From Candidatus Nomurabacteria bacterium (GTDB lineage: Bacteria > Patescibacteriota > Minisyncoccia > Phycocordibacterales > UBA918): a stretch of DNA of 64,000 bases. The notes under the pieces are model-generated. The model searched no databases. It was not told where the DNA came from and worked only from the letters and a program-made list of their open reading frames with translations. Numbering within the stretch: the first letter of the stretch is position 1; each line of letters begins with the position of its first letter. Positions 13,001 to 25,000 of this stretch are shown piece by piece. The stretch spans positions 27,121-91,120 of the forward strand of contig JACKGI010000002.1 of assembly GCA_020632015.1 (NCBI GenBank), given 5' to 3'. A program made the position numbers and the translations under genes.

Positions 13001-16000
13001 GGAGGCTGGAGATCCGCTTACAACCTCTGGTTGGTACAAAATGTCTGCGGCTAATGTTGAAGCTCTGTGGCAGTTTGGAACTGGTGCACAGCCAGACAAC
13101 CTATACTTCGAACCATGGGATAACGGCACAGACAGAGGTCAATACATTTTCGGTAATACAACTGGCTCAACTTATAACTTCTCTCCACGAGACACTCTAA
13201 ACTGGAGCCACTTTACAACTATCGGAGCTACTTCAACCAGTGACTCAAACTATGTATACGTTGATGGAATTTTGCGTGAGACTCAAGCTCAAACAGTTGC
13301 TAATCCATCAAACACTGACGGAAATGGTCTACAAATCGGACGGAATGGAACTGCGGGAGACTGGGATGGTGAGGTAGACGAGCTTAGATTTGCAGCTGTC
13401 CTACGTGGCGCAGACTGGATTACGACTGAATACAATAACCAATACACACCTAGTCTGTTCTTTGCGACAAGTTCAGCTCAGACATATATTCCAGACCTTG
13501 TAATCGATAGTGCAACTCATGATATTACTGCCGGAGGTTCTGCTTTCAACAATCTAACAATCAATGATGCTACTACGACTGCCGCTTTCACTGAGTCCTC
13601 GGTTGTAGTTAATGGCGACTTCACAGTAGCAACAGGAACAATCGCCCTTCCAACTGGAGTACTTACAATCGGTGGTTCGTTCTTAAATAGTGGCTACTTT
13701 ATGCACAATAACGCTGAAGTAAGATTTGTGGGTTCTGGCTCAGAATCTATAACTCTAAATGGAACTGAGTTCTTTAATGTCTTGTACGATGTTACTTTTG
13801 ATGGCTCCGGAACATTTACTTTCACTGATACAAATGCCACTACCACAAATGATCTGGTGATAGACGATGGTTCGGTCGTATTCCCTTCAGGAGTTATGGC
13901 TATCGGTGGCACACTTGATGTGGATGGAGGAAGTTTCAATGCTAATGGCGGATTAGTTAAGTTTGTCTCTGCCGAAAATGAAAACATTAAGACAGGTGGT
14001 TCTTCATTCAATGACGTTGTCTTCGGTTCAGAAAGTACATCAGCAGGATGGTATGGAGTAGCGTGGGATGGTCGAGTAAAAATCGATATTGCTTCTACAT
14101 CTGTCCTTTCTACACTTACTAATTTCCCAGTGTTTGTCGACATGGGTAATTTGGGGGCTGGATTCTGGAGCGGAGTAACAACTGATGGACGGGATATCAG
14201 GGTTACTCTAGCGGATGGTAAAACAGAAGTTCCGGTCGAGGTGGTTGAAATAGATACTGGTGGAGACAGTGGAGAATTACACTTCTTAGCGCCAGTATTG
14301 TACTCAAATACTGATACAACATTCTATGTTTACTTCGGAAACGAAGATGCAGAAGCGCCTGCCCCAGATAGTACATATGGTTCAGAAGCAGTTTGGTTTG
14401 AGTATGAAGCCGTTTACCACTTCAGTGGTGATTTGCAGTTGGGAGAGGAAGATTCAACCAGCAATAATCGTGATTTGGCGCCATCAGTTGGTACACCATC
14501 AACCACACCTGGTCTTATGGGTAGCGCTCTTGATACGACAGATCAAAACGTGATGTTGGAGGATGCTGATTGGACTTGGACATCTGGAGAAGATTTGGTT
14601 TCTTCTGGTCTTTACTTTATGACCAATTTTGACACAGGTGCACTGTGGGAATTTGGAAGTTCTTGTCCAAATGATAACTGTCTAGCGTTTATGCCTTGGT
14701 ACGGAAGCGTTACTCAAGGGTATCACCGGTTTGGAGAATCTAGTGGTAATAACTATGACTTCGCTCGTGACAATTCAGTTTGGCACCACTTTACTACTTT
14801 AGGTCGAGCAACAGATGGTGAAGAAGTAGAGTTTTACGAAGATGCAGTATTGCAAGATTTCTACACCCAGACACCAACAGGAGCTAATCCATCTCAAACT
14901 GGTTTGCAAATTGGTCGTTACACTACAAATACCTACATGGACATTGATGTGGACGAACTTCGTTTTGCTACGACAACTAGGAGCTTCGAGTGGATTAATA
15001 CCGAATACACAAACTTTACTGATGTAAATAATTTCTACGCAACAACATCACAAACATATATCGGGGTTGTACCTTCGTTTACTCTAGACGAAGCGGTTAC
15101 TGACGCTGACGGTGATGTAAGTATTGCCTTTGCTAACTTAGTAGCCCCTACAAGCAACTTCACAATTGGTGGTTCTGCCCTAAATACGAATGGATCTTAT
15201 GATTCAAACACTGCCACTACAACATTCAATAGTACTGACACAGGCGAAACAGTAGACTTTGGAACTGGAGAATTCTACAACCTGAGCTTTAATGGTGTAG
15301 GTGGAGGTTGGACTATTTCAACCACAACAGTTGCAAATAATGCTTCATTGGTTACTGGTTCTGAGTTTACTTTGTCTCCGAAAACAACCATGTCAGTTGG
15401 TGGAATATTTAGTAACTCATTTAGTTCAGCTTCTACTACTTGGACAGACAGTACTTTAGTTTTGTCGGGAGGGGATTACGTTGTTACGGGTAGACTAGAT
15501 TCTGGTGACGATTATGCAACATTGGTGGTCTCGAATGACTCTGACTTGGTGATTTGGAATTCTTCAATCAGTACTTCTTCTATTAGAGATACTTCTTCCA
15601 TCTATATGCCAGATTTCAATGGCAACAATGGAACGCTAAGAATCTATGGTGACTATACGAGACTGTCTGGTACTGAGTATTGGAGCTATGATACTGATTT
15701 CGATGGAACAGATTTGACCGGTGGTTCAGAGCGCCCTGTAACGGTTGAAATCGGCCGAAGTTCTGCGATAGTTTTTGCAACAAGTACAACACTAGAAATG
15801 CTTGGCGCAACAGGCGCGACTACAACAGTAAGTTCAATTAGTGGAATCTACTCACTAAATGTTAACGCGGGTACACTCAATGCTCAGTACGCATCATTAC
15901 AGAACACAGGACCGAAGGGGTTGTATCTATCAAATGGAACAAGTATTACGAATCTGGATACGGTTGATTTTTCAGTGGCAGGAGGTCGAAGTGGTCTAAC

Positions 16001-19000
16001 TGCTGATGCGGACACTATTAATGCGCAACCAACTTCTGAATATTCGAACATCCAGTTTGCGACCTCATCCGCTAATAGCATCTATGAGCCACAGTGGACA
16101 GACCAAGTGATTGTATCGGTACAAAGTTCTGCTTTGTATGAAGATTTCACTGAATTCCCAGTTTATATTGACCTTTCTACATTAGGTTCTGATTTCTGGG
16201 CAGGAGTTCAAAGTGACGGTCGTGACATTAGAGTTACGACAGACAACGGTCTTGAGCTCCCAATCGACTTAGTTGAAATTGACACAAGTGCTCAAACTGG
16301 TGAATTACACTTCTTGGCTCCAAGTCTATCTTCAACTGAAAACACACCGTTCTATATTCACTTCAACAATCCATCTGCAACTGCGTATGAACCTTCTGAT
16401 GAATATGGTGCGAATTCTGTGTGGGTAAACTACGAAGCTGTTTACCACTTCAACGAAGATCCGGCTGTGAGTATTACTGACATGTCAGGTAATAATCGCA
16501 ATTTGTTCCCACTAGTGGGTACTGCCGCAACTACTACTGGTCTACTCGGAACAGCTCTTGATACAACTGCTTCTAACGTCGTACTTGTAAATGGTGGCTG
16601 GGTATGGACAGCAGGAGAAGATTTGATTTCTTCTGGATTGTATTACCAAGACGCTTTTGATACTGGTGCGCTTTGGGCATGGAGTAGTACTTGCCCGACA
16701 GATAATTGTATAGCTTTCATGCCGTGGTACGACAATGCAACTCGTGGTTACCACCGATTCGGAGAGACTACTGGTAACGATTACAATTTTACTCGAGACA
16801 ATTCAATCTGGCACCACTTCACTACAATTGGTAGAGCGACTGATGGAGAAGCAGTAGAAATTTATGAAGATAACATTCTTCGTGATTCATACTTCCAGTC
16901 AAGCACTGGAGAAAACCCATCACAAACTGGTTTGCAAATCGGTCGCTACGGCGGTGGTACATATATGGATATTAATGTCGATGAACTTAGGTTTGCTACT
17001 AGCGTTCCTTCTGTAAACCGAATGGATGCTGAGTACACCAACCTAACAGACGTTACTAGTTTCTACGCTACAAGTTCAGCCCAATCATTCTTCTACAACG
17101 TAACAGCGGAAGGAGTTCCTTCAACCTTCTGGCTATTCTCTGCAGGAACAGGAAATATTTACGGCGAAGCTTTTGACAACGATGATGGGGACCCAGGTTC
17201 TATACAATGGGACGATAGTAATTACGCGGTGAGCATCTCAGGAACTGTTTATAGTGATGACGGAGTTACTCCACAAGGCTTCCCGTTATGTAACAACTCA
17301 ACCGAAGTTGTCACAGTCGTACTAGATGGTGTTACTACCTATACTGCACCGTGTAATCCAATAGATGGTTCGTATGAAGTCTCAGGCATTGTTTACACAG
17401 GAGAACCTCAGATAACCACATACATCAATTCTGAAGCAACAGAAACTCAAGTTAATGCTGGAATTTACGCAGAAACATCAGGTACGGGAACAGTATCTTC
17501 AAACCTAATGACTGTTTCTCGACCAAGTGCAGTTGATAACTCGGTCTTGGTTCTTATTCTCGGAAAGGATGACGATACTCCATTTGGTGCACCTCCAGCT
17601 GGATGGAACACGCTCCATGACTATGGAGATGCGACTGGAGACCAAATAGGAACAGGTGTTTGGTATAAGGTTGTGTCAGACGCTTCTACAGAACCGGCCA
17701 CTTATGATTTCCCGGTAGCAGATAACGGTGAAGAATTTAGTTATTGGATGGGAACTTTGATTAACGTTGATACAGTGACTCCAGTAGATGTGGCTAGTAC
17801 ATGGACCAAGTATCAAAATAATGGCTCTCCATCTGCTCAGGGAATCACCACAGTTACCAACGGCGCATTAGTTCTTTCGGCTTGGTATGTTGATAATGAT
17901 ACAGAGGTGGTGGTACCAATATATGGCTGGGATTCAAGAGTTGCTAATCTGGTAAGTGTAGGTGGAAACAACCTGTCTGTTTCTTCTAAGTTACAAGAAA
18001 CTGCAGGCCTCACCGGAAGTTCAACTCTGTATAGTGCTGTGTCTACTCGTGATCCTCACGCAGGGCAGTTTGCATTCCGACCAGCAAGTTCTCCAACTGC
18101 AACAGGAACAATGGTTGGTGCAGTTGTGACCAAGACCCCGTTAGGAAGTACAGAACCATACGCAGTTGTTGAACAGAGAGATCAGACAACTGGATTTGGA
18201 ACTGTTGATGCTGGCTTAGATATCGTGGTAGATATGCCTGCTGTAGAAAACGGAGATGTTGTGGTGGCTATTGTGGCTCGAGAAGATGAATTTACAATTA
18301 CTCCTCCAGCCGGATGGATATTAGGAGACTTCAGGTCAGAGATAACCGGTAATGATATGTTCACTGGTATCTGGTACAAGGTAATTACGAATGCTGGTTC
18401 TGAGCCTGCAACTTACAACTTTACAAGTAACGATACAAGCATAGAGGAATACAGTTACTGGGTTGGCTCGTTTGATGGAGTGGACGTAACTGATGTGTTT
18501 GATGTTGACCCTCTCTGGAGCAACTTACAAAACACGTCATCACCATCTGCACCTGCTATTACTACTCTTCGAGATGGTTCCTACGCAATCGCTTCTTGGT
18601 ATGTGATTGATGACGCTGCTTTGGATATGCCAGGGTCACCTTGGGATAGTTTGGCAGTAGATATTCAGCAAGCCAGTCGATTGCTTGCGGTAGCTGGACG
18701 TTCCATGACAACAGCTGGTAATACAGGAGCTGCTACTCTTACAAATGGTAGTACAGATGATGTGAACGTAGTTCAGTTCTCTCTAAACGCTGCTCCTATT
18801 TCTGTTACAGATAGAGTCACAGATATGGATATCTATCAAGATAGAGTTATCGTTCGTCACGAAAATATTTCTCCACTTACTATCTCAGACATGATTATCT
18901 TTGATAATGATGATGATAGTGATTTACCATTTACTGCCACACTTGGTTCGCCAGACAACCTAACAGTTGAATCTGGCAGCGGATTGGTAGTTTGGAATGA

Positions 19001-22000
19001 TAGAACCTTTGACGCTGGTGGAGAGATTATTTTGTCAGGTTCTGGTTCAACTATAGCCGATGGTTCGTTGTTACTTAATCCTTCAGCTACATTATTGGCA
19101 AATCTAAATGATGATATTGATATCGGAGGTTCTCTGTATCTTGAAACGGGAGCTGTATTTAATGGTGCATCAAGTACAGTTAATTTCGCTTCAACTAATT
19201 CTGGACAATATATTGGTTCTGGTGCTAGTTCAACCATCACTCTTTATGATATTGAGTTCACTGGTGTCGGTGGTAACTGGGCAGTACAAACTCCACTTGT
19301 GTCACAAACTGGTATTCTTGTTTCGACAGGTACCATGTCTGGTATTGCAAATGTCACAGTCCAAAACGGTTCTTTGTCCGGAAATGGATTGGTCGATATG
19401 ACGGGTGGTACTGTGCGCATAAACAGAAACAATACTCTTGGTGGAACTCAGCCATGGTCATTCAATAACCTGACTCTAGGTAACGGAATAAATGCAGATA
19501 TTACAACTCCAGCGGGTACAGCAACAACTACTGTTAGAGGTGTGTTAACAATATCAGCCGCCCACTTCTTGGATGCTAACAACTCGCTCTGGGACTTGTC
19601 TGGTAACGGCAATGTTTTCGTGGAAACCGGAAACTTCCTGGAAGATACAAGTACCGTTAGATACAGTGGTGCGACTCCAAATATTCTTAGAACCACATAT
19701 CATAATTTAGTAGTAGACACTGATAAGGGCGGCACGGTAAACGCTACTGCGCCAACAATTGGTCTACAGGTGGTCAATAATCTGCGTGTCGGCGCACTTG
19801 GTACATCGACACTAAATGTGAACACAAACGATCCAGTATTTGCAGTTGGTGGAGACTTGTACATAGGTACTCTCGGTACAATTGAGGCAAGTAACCTGCA
19901 AGCTCTGACGCTCAATGGTGACTGGGATAACGACGGTGTGTTTAACGCTAATGGCGGAACCGTTTCTATGATTAACACTGGAGGTGGGGCTACTGTGGCG
20001 GCTGGAAATTCATCATTTGCAAACCTAAGTATCGTTAGCGGTAATGCTTACGTGTTTACTGAAAGTGCTACCACTACAAACAACATGACATTGTCAGCCG
20101 GAAACTTCACACTTAATCCTGGTCTGACTCTAGCTGTAGGTGGAGCTTTCACAAATACTATGTCTAACATCAATACAACTTGGACTGGAACTACTCTGAG
20201 TTTATATAGTGGAACATCATTCCAGATAAGTTCTAAATCAGTGGGTGATACTTATGAAAACATCGTCCTTGCAAACAATACTCACGCTCGACTTTGGAAT
20301 TCTACCTCTACGCTAGTGACAACAAATGGCTCTAGTTCTCTATATTCAATGAATCATCAAGGTGTATCAGGTAATTTGTATATATTTGGTGATTATGTAA
20401 ATGATGGTTACAACGATTATTGGAGCTACAAAAATGACTTTGATGGAGCTGTTCTCGGAACTGGACGACAGGCAAATGTTCTTATTGAAGCTGGTGGTTC
20501 AGCTCGATACCCAAGTGGTTCCTTGTATGTAATTGGAACTTCAACCGCTTCTACTAGTATTGCTGTGCAGTCAGCTGGTACTTATGAGTTTGTAATTGGT
20601 GGTGATGCTGAAGTAGAAATGAGCTTCTACAAAATACGGGACACTATTATTGACGGACTAGTATTCACAGGAACACCAAACGTGATTGACTTATCAAATG
20701 GTGACTTCGAAGTGGCGATTCCTGAAGGTTCAGCCATGACTGTTGGGGGAACCGTGATTGATGTAAATCCTGCTAAAGAATTTAACTTGGTTGGTCTGGC
20801 AACTACAACTCCAATAAATGCCTACAACGTAACTGCAACTGGAACAAGCGCGAGTGCTTGGAGGTTCGTAAACGTTATCGGTAATCTTGATGGTGAAGAT
20901 AAAGATGTGGACCCAGGAGGGGACCCAGGTTATTTAACATGGCAAGACTCTGCAGCAATCATAAATATCTCAGGAAGAGTTTATAGCGACGAGGGTACTT
21001 CTGTTTCTGCTGCTTGTGATAGTACGACTGAAAATATTTACCTAAGTATCAATGGTACAACTCATGCAACCACCACCTGTAATGGTGACGGTCTTGGTGG
21101 TGGTACTGGAGCATATAGCTTCACTGGAATCAGTTACGGTCTTGGAAACACTCTAACTGTCTACATTGACAATGAGCCGGAGAAAGCCGTGACTGTGACA
21201 CAGGACCCTATTTCTTCTATTTCAAATCTTGATTTGTATGAAAACAGGGTAATTATCAAACATGAAAGTGGTGCTCCAATGACAATTGCTGATATGGGAA
21301 CTTGGGACAGTGATGATGATGCTGACGTGTTGTTTGATGTAGATACTAGCGGTTCTCCTGATACTCTAACGCTTCCTGCCGATACAAAACTAATTGTTTG
21401 GACTGGTAAAAGTTTTGCTCCAAATGGTGATGTGACAGTTTCAGGTGGTGGAGCTGGTGATGCAAAAGATGGAACAGTCCAGTTGTATAACAACGCATCC
21501 TTCATTGCCGCTAATGGAGAATCCCACACAATTGGTGGAAGTTTGATTCTTGGTACTGGTTCAGTGTTTACTCCAGCTGAGTCAACCGTTTCCTTTACTT
21601 CTACTGCTTCAGGCAGAACCGTGGACACAAATGAGTCTGGATTCTACAACGTAAACTTCACTGGCGCTGGTGCATGGACAATGTCAGATACAGCATTGCT
21701 TGTAGGTAATGATATGACTATCGGCAACGGAACAATTACTCTACCTTCAGGCACAACAACAATTTCAGGTTCGTTCGACAATACTGGAGGCGCCTTTGAT
21801 GCTAATTCTGGAGCACTAGTATTCAATTCTCCATCTGGTGGTAACTCAATTGAGTTCGGTGGTTCTGATGCCAATCTTGTAATGTTCACAAATTCTGGCA
21901 GCTGGACTTTTGCGGACGTTGACGCCACAACCACTGATTCATTTGTAGTGGCAACAGGTACTGTCACTCTGCCATCAGGTATTTTGACCATCTCAGACGA

Positions 22001-25000
22001 CTTCGTAGTTGAAGATACGGTCGTCCATAGCGGAGGTACGGTTCGACTAGTTGGAACAGGTGGAGGTAATCTCCTAACTCTGAATGGTAGTGACTTAGCA
22101 GACTTACGAGTTGTGGCCGGAGCGGGCGACTACACTTTAACCGACGTGTCAGCTTCATTGACTGGTGACCTGTTTATTGAAAGCGGAACCTTCACAACCG
22201 GTACTGGAACTCTCTCCATAGCTGGTTCCTTCGATGCGACAGGAGGAGTGTTTGATAGTAATTCAGGAACTATTTTGTTCAATTCAAATGATACTGGCGA
22301 ACTCATTGACCCTGGTTCGAACGACTTCAGCACAGTTGTGATCGCTGGAGCTGGTGGAGGATGGACAATCCTAAATAATGCAACTACTACCGGTAACTTT
22401 ACCTTGAGTACAGGCTCATCCTTCACAATGAGTTCGGGTACCGTGTTGTATGTTGGAGGTGTGTTTACCAACACTCTTGGTGGTTCGGCCACTAATTGGC
22501 AAGGCTCAAATCTAGTTCTAGATAGTGGTACAGAGTATGAAACAAATCTAAAGTCTACCCCGACTGAACGGTATAACATCCTAACGTTGGGTGAAAACAC
22601 AGATATCAGTAGTTGGAACTCTAGTGCGACAAGTACAGCGGTGCCGGCTTCATCATCATGGTATTCACAAGATCATTCAGGTACAGACGGAAGTTTATAT
22701 ATCTATGGTGATTACCATATTGCTACAACTACCGAATACTGGAGTCGCGCTATTGATTTTGACGGCGCAGCAACGTCTCCTAGAACTGTAAATGTGTCTA
22801 TCGCAAGTAGTTCTGCTGTTTCGGTTGACGGAGGAACCTTGAATATGATTGGGGCCGCAGGAGCTACTACTACTGTTAATAATCAGGGAACTGGCCGTTA
22901 TTCATTCTTCGCTACAAGTGGAAATATCAACGCAAGTTACTACTCATTTAGAAATATGGATGTAGACGGTCTTCAAATGACTGGCAATATAGATGTTGCT
23001 TCCTTAAGTAATGGTGACTTTGAAATTGCTCAAGATAACTCCAATGCTATAACAATTAATTCCTCAACAATTAATGACAACGCATCGCTAAGTGTTGTAA
23101 ATACTCGGTTTGCAGATGGCGGATTTACTGGAGGAGTAAACGTTAGCTTGGACGCTACTACAACAAATAGTTGGACATTCACAGGCTCAATTGGAGATAT
23201 GTGGGGAGAAGCCTTCGACGTTGACGGTGTAGACGACTGTAGTTCTATCCGTTGGGATGACAGTGCCTGTCTTCTTACAGAACAAACAACCTATCGTTGG
23301 CGAAATGATAATGGTGGCGAAGGAGCTCCTATAGGAACTTGGTACAACACTAGCTGGAGCGCGAGAAAGAGAGTGAGGGTTATTAACGACGATCCGTCAG
23401 CTTATAACGACGTAGCAGTTAAATTAACTGTAGCTTACGATTCCGATATGCAGTCAGACTTTGACGATCTTCGCTTTACAGATTCTTCTGGAACAACAAC
23501 TATTCCGTACTGGAAGGAAAGATTTACCACTGGTAGCGAAGCCATAGTCTGGGTAAAGGTGCCAAGTATGGCCACATCAAGCGTGACTGAGATTTATATG
23601 TACTACGGTAACGTGGGTGCAAGTTCGGCATCGGATCCAAGTAACGTGTTCGATACTTACGAAGACTTCGAAGATAACGACATAACTGATTACACGGGAG
23701 ACAATTCTTTGTTTGCTACTGCAGGTACCCTTGTTTATGGTGGCGGGTACAGCCTTGACGCTTCGCCAAACCCTAACGCTAAAGCAACTGATGGTATTGG
23801 TACTGGTTCACGAACTGTTTATCAAGGAAATATTATCCGCTACATGCAATACGTTGACACATCTGCCGGAAGTGGAGATGAAGCTTGTACAATGTTCGGT
23901 GTCACTGGCTCGGTCGTAAACAACCAAAACTACGGTGTTTGTCTAGAACAATTCGGAACCGATAGAGTTTCTTTGGTTAAAAACGTAGTTAATACTGATT
24001 CAACTGGTACAAAATTAGCAACAACTACTATTACATACAGTACAGGTTGGTATGAGGTTGAAGTTGATTGGCAAACAAATAATACGATTGATGTTTCTGT
24101 CTACAATAGTGCCGGTACTTTGGTAGCTACTACTTCAGCAGTAGATAGCACATACTCAACAGGAGGTATCGGATTTACATTCTGGGGTCAACATGGAGCC
24201 TGGGACAGTCTCGTGTCATGGCCAAGAACTGACACGAAACCAACTACGTTCTTTGGCGCAGAACAAGTAAGAAGTGGTGCTACGTGGGCTGCACCTCAAG
24301 ATACTGCTGTTGGTGGCTTTAATATCGGCCAAACAGCACGACTTAGAATAGGTATAGAAAATACTGGTCTACCGATCACTAATCAAAAGTTCCGACTTGA
24401 GTTTGCTCCAAAACTAGCAGCTCCAAGTTGTGAGGCGGTGTCATCTGGATCATTCGTGCAGGTTCCGGTATTGGCAAGTTGTGGTTCTTCAGCTATCTGT
24501 ATGACAACATCTGCTAGTACAACAAATAATAATCCAACAACGGACCATTTGGTGACAGATGCAGGACAGTTTGTACCAGGTAAAATTGTTGCCAATACAG
24601 CGAACCAATCAACAAACATTGACGTTGATCAAAATCAGTACACTGAGCTTGAGTATTCCATCAAACTTACAGTAAACGCTGTTAACGATGAATATTGTTT
24701 CCGTGTTACAGACGCTGGCTCATTGCTTGATTCTTATGCTTTGCTTCCAGAGTTAACCCTAGCCTTCGATCCGTATATCGACACTGTAACGCTAAATAAC
24801 GGAATCGATATCTCACTCAATCCAGCCACCACTACTACAGTCATCGCCTCTACAACTGTTACTGATTTGAACGGAGTAGCTGACCTGGCTTACGCAACAA
24901 CAACCTTCTTCAAGACTTCGGTCGGAGCATCGTGTACGCCAGACAATAATAATTGTTATGTAGCTACTAGCACAGCGTGTTCATTTACAGGTTGTGATGC

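Noticed and set aside
21161-21628. 155-aa minus-strand ORF, and similar ones at 13694-14143, 22130-22600, 7235-7624, 18857-19240 and 1610-2008
   Set aside because: All lie entirely antisense within the 24.5-kb + strand ORF. Their products are low-complexity S/T/P/V-rich strings that mirror the sense-strand T/S/G/N/D codon bias. They have no independent start context, so they are shadow ORFs.
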